64,000 bases of DNA from Planctomycetota bacterium (lineage in GTDB: Bacteria > Planctomycetota > Phycisphaerae > Phycisphaerales > SM1A02): positions 51,096 through 115,095 of the forward strand of contig JADFOJ010000001.1 of NCBI GenBank assembly GCA_022562915.1, in the 5' to 3' direction. Positions within the stretch are counted from its first letter, which is position 1, and each line of letters begins with the position of its first letter. The notes beneath the pieces were generated by a model. It searched no databases. It saw only the letters and a list, made by a program, of their open reading frames with translations, and was not told the DNA's origin. This document shows, one piece after another, positions 28,172 to 37,205 of this stretch. A program made the position numbers and the translations under genes.

Positions 28172-28356
28172 CGGACCGGCAACCGCCTCTTGCCGGGTTC
28201 CGCCACCACCACAGCGACGATGAGCTGCGCGCCTACCGGCGGCTGACGGCCGAACAGAAGCTCGCATGGCTCGAGGACGCGTGGCGTCTGACCGTGGATT
28301 TCCTGCCGAAGCATCGCCTCGCGACGTACCAGCGATTCAGACGCGCGGAGAGCTGA
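28168..28356 (+). CDS. Small helical hypothetical protein (62 aa), translationally coupled to the NTase-fold gene
   Basis: ATG overlaps the upstream TGA (ATGA at 28168-28171). Sequence MTDRQPPLAGFRHHHSDDELRAYRRLTAEQKLAWLEDAWRLTVDFLPKHR... Confidence 0.45.
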   Translation: MTDRQPPLAGFRHHHSDDELRAYRRLTAEQKLAWLEDAWRLTVDFLPKHRLATYQRFRRAES

Positions 28357-28365
28357 TGCCGCCCG

Positions 28366-28425
28366 CCTGTTCCTTGAATGTAGCGCCTGTGCCCTGGATG
28401 TAGCGCCTGTTCCCTGGGCGTAGCT
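28366..28425. repeat. Three tandem imperfect 20-bp direct repeats
   Basis: cctgttccttgaatgtagcg / cctgtgccctggatgtagcg / cctgttccctgggcgtagct. They fill the gap between the convergent 62-aa gene and the ABC permease gene. Confidence 0.85.
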
Positions 28426-29999
28426 CAACGCCGGCACAGCGGCCGGAACATCGCCACCGCCGCGACGCCGGCGGCGAGGGCGACCCCGACCAGTGCCAGT
28501 ACCGCCAGCAGCACGGTGTCGGGGCGCTGGTAATGCACGGCGTTGAGAATTGCGCCGGCGATCAGGGGGAACCCCGGCGGCGCCAATCGGGCGGCGACGA
28601 CGAGTTCGCTCATTGACAGGACCGCGACGACTGCCCCGGCCGCACCGGCGGCGGCGAGTAATCTGGGCCACGCGGCGACGACGTACGCCACCAGCGTGTC
28701 GGCGCCGTCGAGTCGGCGCAGGTCACGCAGCGTCCGCGGCTCCCTGAGGCTCACCCACCGCGCCAGCAGCGCCGCCACGAAGCCGAAGCGCGCAAGATAG
28801 CCCAGGACCAGGATCGTCGGGTTCGCGTACACCATCGCGTCGAGACCCGGACGGTTGTACGCCGCCTCCAGCGCGACGCCGACGGAGGTCGCGGGGACCA
28901 CGGCTCCCAGCAGCCAGCCGATCGCCTGCGCGTCGGCGACCACGCGCACCCACCGGCGGTGGTCCTGCCATAGGGCGGCGAGCCCGACCGCGACCGCCAC
29001 GGTCGCCAGCGCGGTGATCGCCGCCACGGCGAGCGTGTTCGCCAGGTCGCGCCCGTACAACTGCACGAACGTCATCGGGCTCGCCTCGCCGGTGAGGTTC
29101 GCGATGAACAGGCCCACGGGCAGCGCTACTGATGCCAGCCAGATCGCGGCGGTCGTGATCGCCCCCGCGCGCGTCGGCGCCGCCGGCCGGATCGCCATCT
29201 CCGTAAAGCCGCGACCCGACAAGACCCAGATCGCCGCCACGCCGATCGCGGCCATCGCGATCGCCGGCGCCGCGGCCAGCATGACCGCGCGCGGGCCCGC
29301 GCCGAGTTCGCTCTCGATCGCGCGAAGCTCGTAGCCGTAGGTGAAGATCTGCGCGATGTCGAAGCTGGTCGTGTTGTTGAAGACGAACAGGAACACGATC
29401 AGTCCCCCCAGCGCCAGGCCCCGCCAGTCGCTGCGCGCGGCCTCGATGAGCCTGCGGGCGGGTCCTGCCCCGTCCAGTTGCAAGAGCTCGTCGCGATGAG
29501 CGGGCTCGGCTCCGGAGAACCCCGCGACGCACCATGCCGCCACCGGCCAACTCCAGCACAGCAGCCCGGCGAAGAGCGTGATCATTCTGGCGAGATGGAT
29601 CCGGTCGGCGGCCACCGCCCAGCGGTACAACGCCGAGTCGGCGGGCCACGCCTGCCACCACGCGTAGAAGACGACGTACGCCGGCACGCAGATCGGCGCG
29701 AGGATCAATACGGACAGCGGCAGGTACCAGCCTCGGCCCGCGGAGCGGCCCAGCAGCCTGCCCGGCACCCAGCCGGCGAGCACGGCCGCCACGGCGACTG
29801 CCGCGGCCCAGCATGTACTGGTCAGGAACAGTTCCACGCCGTGCCGCACGGTGGACGGGGCGGCCCCGCCGGCCGCGGAGCCCGGACCGGCAACGAGCGC
29901 GCTCAGTGCGGCCAACGCAGGGTAGCCGATCGCCGCGGCGCACAGGGCCAGGGCGACGCCGGGCAGAATCCACCCGCTACGGCGCATCTCGATCGTCAA
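28425..29999 (-). CDS. ABC transporter permease, fused double-domain type (FbpB/ThiP-like)
   Basis: 524 aa, highly hydrophobic, about 12 predicted TM segments in two similar halves. Immediately downstream of and overlapping the binding-protein gene. Confidence 0.8.
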   Translation of the reverse strand: MTIEMRRSGWILPGVALALCAAAIGYPALAALSALVAGPGSAAGGAAPSTVRHGVELFLTSTCWAAAVAVAAVLAGWVPGRLLGRSAGRGWYLPLSVLILAPICVPAYVVFYAWWQAWPADSALYRWAVAADRIHLARMITLFAGLLCWSWPVAAWCVAGFSGAEPAHRDELLQLDGAGPARRLIEAARSDWRGLALGGLIVFLFVFNNTTSFDIAQIFTYGYELRAIESELGAGPRAVMLAAAPAIAMAAIGVAAIWVLSGRGFTEMAIRPAAPTRAGAITTAAIWLASVALPVGLFIANLTGEASPMTFVQLYGRDLANTLAVAAITALATVAVAVGLAALWQDHRRWVRVVADAQAIGWLLGAVVPATSVGVALEAAYNRPGLDAMVYANPTILVLGYLARFGFVAALLARWVSLREPRTLRDLRRLDGADTLVAYVVAAWPRLLAAAGAAGAVVAVLSMSELVVAARLAPPGFPLIAGAILNAVHYQRPDTVLLAVLALVGVALAAGVAAVAMFRPLCRR

Positions 30000-31020
30000 G
30001 CAGACGCATCGCCTGGTCGATGGCGCCGGGCATCAGCGCGGCCACGCGAGACAGGTTCACCTCCAGCGGATCGGGCACGGCGTACTCCGGGAACTCCGCG
30101 GCGATCGCCGCGCGCACCGGAATGTTGTGCGAGGTCGATTCGGCGAGCATGCGTTCGACCTGGTCGCTCAGCAGGAAATCGATCAGCGCCGCCGCCGGCT
30201 GCGGGTTCGGCCCGTTGGCGACCCGCGCGACGGTGTTGGGGATCAGCAGGGTGCCTCCCCCGCTGACGCCGTCGATCGCGTGCCGCGGATAGACGTGCCG
30301 CACGTTGTGGCCCGCGGCCACGGCCGCCCACACGTCGTCGGTGTCGGTGAGTCCCAGGTCCGCCTCGCCGTCGGCGACCGCCCGGACGACGCCGGCGTTG
30401 CCGCCGGGCAGCAGCCGTACCCGGTTGTCGGCGAGGCCCATCAGGAAGGCTTCGTAATAGGACATTCCGGCAAGCCCGGCCCAGAAGACCTTCATCGCCG
30501 CAAGGTGCCCGCCGGTGGTGCCGAAGCGGGGGTCGGCCATCACGATCCGCCCCCGAAAGCGCTCGTCGGTGAGGCCCATCCACGTCCGCGGGACATGTTC
30601 GGGCTCGACGCGGTCCGGCGCGTAGACGATGACGCGCGCGCGGGCGCCGAAGCCGTGCCAGAGATGTCCCGGGTCCCGGAAGACCGCCGGCCGGTCCCCG
30701 GCGACCGCGGAGTCGTGGCCCGCAAACACGCCGTGGCCGGCAAGCCGGATCGTGTGGAAGACCTCCGAGGACCAGAAGACGTCGGCCTGGGGGTTGTCCC
30801 GCTCCGCGAGCAGCCGGTTGGCGAGCCCGGTGGTCTTGCGCTGCTCGGTATCACCGACCATGTCGACGCGGATACCCGACTGCCGCTCGAACGCGCGAAC
30901 GATCGGGCGGGCAACGTGATCGTCCGCCGAGACGTAGAGAACGACGTGCGGGCGGTCGGAACACCCGGCCACGAGGACCGCCACCGGCAGAACCAGCAGG
31001 CGGAGCGGGCGCGCCGTCAC
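29977..31020 (-). CDS. ABC transporter substrate-binding lipoprotein (Fe3+/thiamine-type)
   Basis: Signal peptide plus lipobox LLVLPVAVLVAGCS. VVLYVSADDHVARPIVRAFERQSGIRV, DVFWSSEV and LLIPNTVARV are typical of FbpA-like binding proteins. Confidence 0.8.
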   Translation of the reverse strand: MTARPLRLLVLPVAVLVAGCSDRPHVVLYVSADDHVARPIVRAFERQSGIRVDMVGDTEQRKTTGLANRLLAERDNPQADVFWSSEVFHTIRLAGHGVFAGHDSAVAGDRPAVFRDPGHLWHGFGARARVIVYAPDRVEPEHVPRTWMGLTDERFRGRIVMADPRFGTTGGHLAAMKVFWAGLAGMSYYEAFLMGLADNRVRLLPGGNAGVVRAVADGEADLGLTDTDDVWAAVAAGHNVRHVYPRHAIDGVSGGGTLLIPNTVARVANGPNPQPAAALIDFLLSDQVERMLAESTSHNIPVRAAIAAEFPEYAVPDPLEVNLSRVAALMPGAIDQAMRLLDDRDAP

Positions 31021-31029
31021 CGGGATTCG

Positions 31030-32775
31030 CTACTCATCGTCATCCGGCGCGGAAGCGCCCGGCGACTCGCCATCGGCGGCGCTCTTGGCCTTCGCCTCGA
31101 TGCGCTTCTTGAGCTCGCCGAAGTAATGCATGTGCGCTTCCCAGTACTTCCGCGGCACCTGGTCATCGCCCTGGGCCTCGTCGAAGCCCTCGCTGACGGC
31201 TGCGGCGACCGCTCGACGCTCCGCGGTTGACTCGCCGACGATCACCGGGCCGTCGATGAACTGCCGTGCGATGATGTCGCCGGGAGTCGTCTGGCTCGGC
31301 GAGTGCACGAGCTTCATGCCCGTCGGGGTCGGGGAGATCGGCGCCTTGCCGCCGGCACCCTGGCCGCGTCGGCCGAACGCACCGCCGCGGCCCTGCTGCC
31401 ACTGCTGCATCGCCTGCTGCATGGCGAGCCCCTGGCCAAGGCCCTGGGCCTGTCCCTGGCAGGTCCCGGCGGCTGCCTGTGCCTGCTGGAGAAGCTGCTG
31501 CATGGCTTCGAGCGCGTTGAGCTGTTCGCCAAGCCTGCCGCCCGGGTTCATCTGCCCCTGCTGAATCCCCTGGGCCATCTGGTTGAGTCCCTGGCCGAGA
31601 CCCTGGGCCATCTGCTGGGCGGCCTGCTGGGCCTGGGCCATCTGCTGAAGCTGCTGCTTCTGCTGCTCGTTGAGGTTCGGGTTGTTGGCGAGGGCCTGCT
31701 GGAGAGCCTTCGGGTTCTGCGCCAACTGCGGGTTGAGACCGGCCTGTTGCAGCGCGTCCTGGAGCTGCTGCTGTTGTTGGGCGAGTTGCTTCACCTGCTC
31801 GGCAATGTCATTCATCTGCCGGGCGAGCTGCTGTTTCTGGTCGTCGGTGAGGTTGCCGTTGCGGATATCTTCGGCGAGCCTGGCGAGCGCTTCCTGGGCG
31901 GCCTTGAAGTCGCCCGCGGCCAGCGCCTCGGCAAGCTCCTTGCCGGGACCGTCCCGGGGCGTCTTGAGCTGGTCGAGAATACTGTCGATTGCCGCGGCGG
32001 TCCTGCCCTTCGGGCCATTGATTATTTCGTCGAGGCGCTTGTTCAGATCGGTCAGCTTCTTGATCGCATCGCGGCGCACGTCCTGGCGGGTCTTCAGCGC
32101 GTCGGGATCGGTGGCATCCTGGGCGAGATCCCCCAACAGGTCCGACAACTCGTCGCGAAGCTCGGGACTGTTGAGGATCGGCCTGATCACCGCCTCGATC
32201 GCGTCGTCGCGCTGCTGAATCGTCTCGGCCAGCGCGACCTCCCGGCCCGGATCGGACGCGAAGAGGTCCTGGGGCAGGAACCACGCGCCGACGGCGATCA
32301 GCGCGATCAGCGGGGCGAGCCACGCTCGTGCCGGTGACTCGACGGTGAAACGACGCCGCACCTGTTCGCGCGTCCTGGGATCGCGCGCCGCCGACACCGC
32401 GTCTTCGATCGCCGCCCGGGCAAACGGGTCGTCGCGGCCCGCGACGTGCAGGGCGGTCGAGAGCTTCTCGCGGAGGTCGAGCCGCCGGTCCACCTCGACG
32501 GCGATCTGGAGAACGGTCCGCCGGCGACCGCTCCACATGCGGGCGGCCACGAGCAGCGCCAGCACCGCCAGTGCCGGACCGAGCCACAGCCACGGCCAGA
32601 AGGGCGCCGCGGTCACGCGCTCGGCGGCGATCAGGACGATGACGAGGATCCCCAGCACGATCGCCGAGGACTGAACGCACCGCAGCAACGAGGCGGTTTC
32701 CAGTCGGCGGGCGGCCAGCTTCAGGATGGCTCTGATGTCGCTCATATGATGACCAGCCTGTTCCATCGGTATCAT
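31030..32775 (-). CDS. Membrane protein with long Gln-rich coiled-coil/low-complexity region (DUF4175-like)
   Basis: Two N-terminal TM segments (SSAIVLGILVIVLIAAE, WLWLGPALAVLALLVAA) and a third (WLAPLIALIAVGAWFL). Then helical and Q-rich sequence (QQQQQLQDALQQAGLNPQLAQ...). Start uncertain: ATG at 32775, 32766 or 32745. Confidence 0.7.
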   Translation of the reverse strand: MIPMEQAGHHMSDIRAILKLAARRLETASLLRCVQSSAIVLGILVIVLIAAERVTAAPFWPWLWLGPALAVLALLVAARMWSGRRRTVLQIAVEVDRRLDLREKLSTALHVAGRDDPFARAAIEDAVSAARDPRTREQVRRRFTVESPARAWLAPLIALIAVGAWFLPQDLFASDPGREVALAETIQQRDDAIEAVIRPILNSPELRDELSDLLGDLAQDATDPDALKTRQDVRRDAIKKLTDLNKRLDEIINGPKGRTAAAIDSILDQLKTPRDGPGKELAEALAAGDFKAAQEALARLAEDIRNGNLTDDQKQQLARQMNDIAEQVKQLAQQQQQLQDALQQAGLNPQLAQNPKALQQALANNPNLNEQQKQQLQQMAQAQQAAQQMAQGLGQGLNQMAQGIQQGQMNPGGRLGEQLNALEAMQQLLQQAQAAAGTCQGQAQGLGQGLAMQQAMQQWQQGRGGAFGRRGQGAGGKAPISPTPTGMKLVHSPSQTTPGDIIARQFIDGPVIVGESTAERRAVAAAVSEGFDEAQGDDQVPRKYWEAHMHYFGELKKRIEAKAKSAADGESPGASAPDDDE

Positions 32776-32884
32776 ACCGCGACCGCGACCGCCTCTTTGG
32801 AACAATGCCCTTTTTCGAACCAGGAACGCAGTCATGCTCAAGGATGGATCCCCCGGACCCCACGGACCCCACGGACTCACCGCA

Positions 32885-33685
32885 ATGACTCGTCGGCGGA
32901 TCGGCGCTTTCGCGGCCCTGGCCGTCTTCGCCTTGACCGGGGCCTCGATGGCCCAGAGCGACCGTGATCTCCGCCAGGAGAACCAGCGGCTCCAGACCCG
33001 GGTCAACGACATGCAACGCGAGCTTGACGCAGCGCACGTGCGAATCGCCCAACTGAAGCGCGAGATTCGAACGCTGGCGCAACGCCTCGGCCAGGCAGCG
33101 GGCGGCTCGTCATCCACCGGGCCGTCGGCGCCTCCGGAGCGCGTGACCATCGACGAGTCGGTGCCCAGCGCGAGCCCGCGGGCGTTGTTCAACGCGATCA
33201 GCGCGAGTTATCGCGAAGCGACACGCGACCTGGAGATCGGCGACTACACGGGCATCACCGGCAACCGTCAACGCGCGACGTACCTGCGCGCCGTGGACAA
33301 CTGGGCGAAGCGCATCCAGCGCGCGATGCGGTCCCCCGTCGTCTGGCACATCCGGGTCATGCCGCCGGCCGAGCAGGCAGGCGATCATCCCGGCCTGCGC
33401 GTGCGGGCGATCGATCCGGAGACCCACGTCGTGCTCGGCGAGCCGTTCTTCATCCGTCTCAACAGTGCGGTACGGCGAAAGCTCGCCCAGCTCGAGCAGC
33501 GAGGTGCGATCGACGTACTCGTGCTCAAGGGCGTCCTGGTCCCGCAGATCTCGCTCAACCCTGACCGGATGGAGCCGGGCGCGTTCGACAACCCGCGGCT
33601 CATCGGACCGTTTGCCGAGTTCCGGTTCGCCGTCGATGCGTCCAGCCTTACGCCGGTGCCGAAGGAACGGTCACGGCCGGGCTAG
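32885..33685 (+). CDS. Secreted hypothetical protein with N-terminal coiled coil
   Basis: ATG at 32885 gives MTRRRIGAFAALAVFALTGASMAQ (signal peptide). Followed by the heptad-like RQENQRLQTRVNDMQRELDAAHVRIAQLKREIRTL. Confidence 0.65.
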   Translation: MTRRRIGAFAALAVFALTGASMAQSDRDLRQENQRLQTRVNDMQRELDAAHVRIAQLKREIRTLAQRLGQAAGGSSSTGPSAPPERVTIDESVPSASPRALFNAISASYREATRDLEIGDYTGITGNRQRATYLRAVDNWAKRIQRAMRSPVVWHIRVMPPAEQAGDHPGLRVRAIDPETHVVLGEPFFIRLNSAVRRKLAQLEQRGAIDVLVLKGVLVPQISLNPDRMEPGAFDNPRLIGPFAEFRFAVDASSLTPVPKERSRPG

Positions 33686-33699
33686 CCAGCCCATCCTTC

Positions 33700-34767
33700 T
33701 CATGACGCCCGGCGACAGGCGGTCTCTTCGAGTGCCGCCAGCAGCGCCGCCCGGGCATCGTCGACATCCATCTCGACGCTCGCCCCGGACGCGTGCACGT
33801 GGCCGCCGCCTCCGAAGCGCTGGGCGAGCACGTTCATGTCGTTCGAGACCACGCTCTCGACGCCGGGTACATCGGGCTTTGAGCGGAAGCTGAGCTTGGT
33901 GCGACCCGGTTTGGTCTGGGCGACGAGCACGGCGACCCGTACTGCCTTGACGCTCATCGGCAGGTTCACCAGCTCGGCGATGTCCTGCACGGCGCCACCG
34001 GTCGCACGAAAGTCCTCGGGACGGATCGTCATGATCGCCACGGCGCCGTCGAGGGCGAACTCCAACGAGGTGAGTGCCCTCGCCATCAAGGCCAGTCTCT
34101 GCGGCCGGGCGGTTTCCTCGATGATCTGGTAGAGACGCGGCTTGTCCACGCCGAGCTCCAGTAGACGTGCCGCCAACCGCATCGCCTGGGGGCCGGCGCT
34201 GGAGTACCGGAACCATCCCGTGTCCGTGGCCAGGCCGACGAAGATCGCCTCGGCGACGCCTCCCGGTCCGCCGGTAATCTCGCAGCCCATCGCCTCGATG
34301 ACCCCGGCGAGAATCTGGGTGGTCGACGCCGCGATCACGTCGACGAGCCGCATCGATGCCACGAGATCGCCCTTGACGTGGTGGTCGATCCCGATGATCC
34401 GGTCATGGCGCTGCCGCAGCCAGTCGGCGATCGGCTCCAGTTGCGACCACGCGCCGGTGTCCATGACGACGACCAGGTCGTGTTCGTCCGCCGGTGGGCT
34501 GCGGTCCAGGAATATCGGTGTGTCGCCGGCCACCTCGCGCAGCCGCGGCTCCAGCGGACCCATCAGGTAGATGTCCGCCGCGATCACCTTCTGGTCCAGG
34601 GCTCGATGCAGCGCCAGCGCCGAGCCGATCGCGTCCCCGTCGGGTTTGACGTGGGTGGTGAGCAGGATGCGGCCGGCGGAGCAGATCCGCCGGGCGATCT
34701 GCTCAACCGTGGCGTTGGAGCGATACTCGTTCATCGTCAGCACGGTGGCGTCGGTCTGTATGCTCAT
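33700..34767 (-). CDS. nrnA: DHH/DHHA1 family phosphoesterase (NrnA-like oligoribonuclease/pAp phosphatase)
   Basis: HVKPDGDAIGS, VVVMDTG, IGIDHH and FGGGGHVHASG motifs. Start is ATG 34767 or 34734; either overlaps the ribF 3' end. Confidence 0.85.
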   Translation of the reverse strand: MSIQTDATVLTMNEYRSNATVEQIARRICSAGRILLTTHVKPDGDAIGSALALHRALDQKVIAADIYLMGPLEPRLREVAGDTPIFLDRSPPADEHDLVVVMDTGAWSQLEPIADWLRQRHDRIIGIDHHVKGDLVASMRLVDVIAASTTQILAGVIEAMGCEITGGPGGVAEAIFVGLATDTGWFRYSSAGPQAMRLAARLLELGVDKPRLYQIIEETARPQRLALMARALTSLEFALDGAVAIMTIRPEDFRATGGAVQDIAELVNLPMSVKAVRVAVLVAQTKPGRTKLSFRSKPDVPGVESVVSNDMNVLAQRFGGGGHVHASGASVEMDVDDARAALLAALEETACRRAS

Positions 34768-35689
34768 GGTGTTCGGCTGGAACCGGTGCCTCGAACGCCT
34801 CTCGTACCCGGGCCACGTCGCGATGCATCTGCGCGACGAGTTGTTCAATGCCGTCGAAGGCAATCTGATCACGCAGCCAGTCGTGGAACTCCAGCCGCAG
34901 GGTCCAGCCGTATTCATCGGTCTGCGGGTCGTGCCCGATGAGGTGGGCTTCACAGACCCGCGGATTCTCTCCGAAGGTCGGCTTGGTCCCGACGCTCACC
35001 GCGGCCGGATACCTGCGGCCGTCCGGGCCCAGCGCGAGGCCGATGTAGATCCCGTCGGCAGGCAACGCCTGGCAGGGATCGAGGTTCGCCGTGGGTATGC
35101 CCAGGTCGGCGCCGCCCCGGCCGTCGCCCCTGACGACCGGCCCGCACACCACGTAGGGGTGCCCCAGCAGTCGCGCCGCATCCCGCACGCGGCCGGCATT
35201 CACGAGCCACCGCACGATCGAACTGGAGATCTTCACGACCGAGCCGTCGGTCAGCGTGCCGTGGACGGCATCGACCTCGATCGCGCGATACCCCAGTGTC
35301 GGCGCCAGTTCCCGGAGCGTCTCGATGGAGCCCGCCCGGTCCCGGCCGAAGCGGAAGTCGGGCCCCTCGACGATCTCGGTGCAGGCGTACTCGGCGACGA
35401 CCCACTCCAGGAAGGATCGCGGCGACTTTCCGAGAAGACTGTCGGAGGGCTCCAGGGGGATCACCTCGTCGGCGCCGGCGTCTCGCAGCCAGCGGCTCCG
35501 CTGCCGGAACGTAGACAACCGGGCCGGCGCCGCGTCCGGTCTCAGCACGGCCATCGGATGCGGTTCGAAGCACAGGGCGACCACCCTGCCGCGATCGCCG
35601 ACCGCGTCGCGGGCCGCCGCAACCAGGGCCGCGTGTCCCAGGTGCACGCCGTCGAACGCGCCGATCGTGACCGCGGTGGATGGCAACAT
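34703..35689 (-). CDS. ribF: Bifunctional riboflavin kinase/FAD synthetase
   Basis: AVTIGAFDGVHLGHAALV N-terminal FAD synthetase motif. C-terminal riboflavin kinase segments GIPTANL, DGIYIG, PTFG and EAHLI. Confidence 0.9.
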   Translation of the reverse strand: MLPSTAVTIGAFDGVHLGHAALVAAARDAVGDRGRVVALCFEPHPMAVLRPDAAPARLSTFRQRSRWLRDAGADEVIPLEPSDSLLGKSPRSFLEWVVAEYACTEIVEGPDFRFGRDRAGSIETLRELAPTLGYRAIEVDAVHGTLTDGSVVKISSSIVRWLVNAGRVRDAARLLGHPYVVCGPVVRGDGRGGADLGIPTANLDPCQALPADGIYIGLALGPDGRRYPAAVSVGTKPTFGENPRVCEAHLIGHDPQTDEYGWTLRLEFHDWLRDQIAFDGIEQLVAQMHRDVARVREAFEAPVPAEHHEHTDRRHRADDERVSLQRHG

Positions 35690-35785
35690 GAGCGTTCACC
35701 ATAGGCGGCCCGTCACGGCCGAACCAACGCGTGCTGCGAATACCCTTGCCACGGCCCGCGAGGCTTGGTATCACGGACGTCAACG

Positions 35786-36052
35786 ATGGCTGAACACCCG
35801 ACGGATCCGCCTGACCCGGCCGACGTCAAGCGCGCGATGAAGGCGTTCCGCAAACGCCTCAAGCTCACGCGTCTGAACGAGGAGTCCAAGCTGGGCCGCA
35901 ACCCGCTCACCAGCGGCAAGAAGTCGCAGGTCGTCGCGATCATGCCGCCGAGACAATACCCCGTCGAGGTCTGGCAGGAACTCGTCCGGCAGGGGCGGCT
36001 CAAGGACAGCGGTAATGGTTTCTACGAACTCATGGACGACGCGATCGCGTAG
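35786..36052 (+). CDS. Small hypothetical protein (88 aa)
   Basis: ATG at 35786, high GC3. Sequence ...VKRAMKAFRKRLKLTRLNEESKLGRNPLTSGKKSQVVAIMPPRQYPVEVWQELVRQGRL... The 3' end overlaps the convergent PiT gene by 31 nt. Confidence 0.5.
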   Translation: MAEHPTDPPDPADVKRAMKAFRKRLKLTRLNEESKLGRNPLTSGKKSQVVAIMPPRQYPVEVWQELVRQGRLKDSGNGFYELMDDAIA

Positions 36053-37140
36053 GCCAGCAGCAGCCCCATCGGCAGGGTCACGACCCACGCCGCGATGATC
36101 CGCCCCACCACCGGCCAGTCGGTGCGGCCGGTCCACACTCCGATGCCGAAGATCGCGCCGGTGGAGACGTGTGTCGTGGACACGGGCATGCCCGCCAGCG
36201 ACGCGCCGATGACCAGTGTGCTTCCCACGGCGTTGGCGACAAAGCCCTGGCCGCGATTCATCCCGGTGATGCGCCGGCCCATCGTCTCGGCGATTCTCCG
36301 GGAGTGAATGATCCCGCCGAGGGCCATCATGACCGCGATCACTCCCAGTGACACCGGCACCGAGACACCGGACCACGCGGCCGCGACAAGCAGCGCCATG
36401 ATCTTCGGCGTGTCGTTGAGCCCGCGCGCAAAGCCCAGCGCGAACGCCGAGCCCTGGTGCAGTGTGTCAACGACCCGCTGCGCCGACAACCCGACGACGC
36501 GCCCGAGATATTCCTTGCGGCATCGGCCGGCGAGGTCCGCGGTCAACTCCACGCCGGTACGGGCGATAACCAGGCTGCCCCCGGCCGTCACCGCCACGGG
36601 CTCGATACGTTCGGCGATGCACAGGCACGTCACTTCCTCGACGCCCAGCCGTTGACGGACGGTGCGGGCGATCGGGTACAGGCACGCCGCGGCGGCCATC
36701 GCCAGCGCCGGGCTCACCAGCAACGGCAGGGCGAATCGGCTGCCGAGCTTCGACCATGCAAGACCTTCCGGCGCAAGGGCCAGCCCCGCCCCCACCAGGC
36801 CGCCGAGCATGGCGTGCGTCGTCGACACCGGCAGCCCCATGCGGGTCGCCACCAGGATCGTGGCCGCGGCGCCGAGCCCGACGGCCGCGAGGAAGCGAGG
36901 ATCCGCGACCGCGGCGTCCGGGAGCAACCCCTTGCCGCCGAATGCGGCGACCAGGGCACCGGCCAGGAAGACCGAGGCAATCGAGCCGCTGACCTGGGCC
37001 ACGGTCGCGAGCGCCAGGGCGGCCCGATAGCTCAGCGTCGACGAGCCGTACACCGTCGCCACGGCCTTGAAGTTGTCGTTGGCGCCGTTGGCGTAGCTCA
37101 GCAGGCAGACGGCGGCCAGCAGCAGGAGCAGGAGCGTCAT
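36022..37140 (-). CDS. pit: Inorganic phosphate transporter, PiT family
   Basis: ANGANDNFKAVATVYGS and the internal-repeat counterpart ARGLNDTPKIMALL, plus STTHA/STTHV segments. Polytopic membrane protein. Confidence 0.9.
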   Translation of the reverse strand: MTLLLLLLAAVCLLSYANGANDNFKAVATVYGSSTLSYRAALALATVAQVSGSIASVFLAGALVAAFGGKGLLPDAAVADPRFLAAVGLGAAATILVATRMGLPVSTTHAMLGGLVGAGLALAPEGLAWSKLGSRFALPLLVSPALAMAAAACLYPIARTVRQRLGVEEVTCLCIAERIEPVAVTAGGSLVIARTGVELTADLAGRCRKEYLGRVVGLSAQRVVDTLHQGSAFALGFARGLNDTPKIMALLVAAAWSGVSVPVSLGVIAVMMALGGIIHSRRIAETMGRRITGMNRGQGFVANAVGSTLVIGASLAGMPVSTTHVSTGAIFGIGVWTGRTDWPVVGRIIAAWVVTLPMGLLLAYAIASSMSS

Positions 37141-37205
37141 CGCCGAGTCAACATCGGTCCTGGTAACGATGTTCCCTGATTGTTAATTGTTCTTCGAGAC
37201 CTGTC

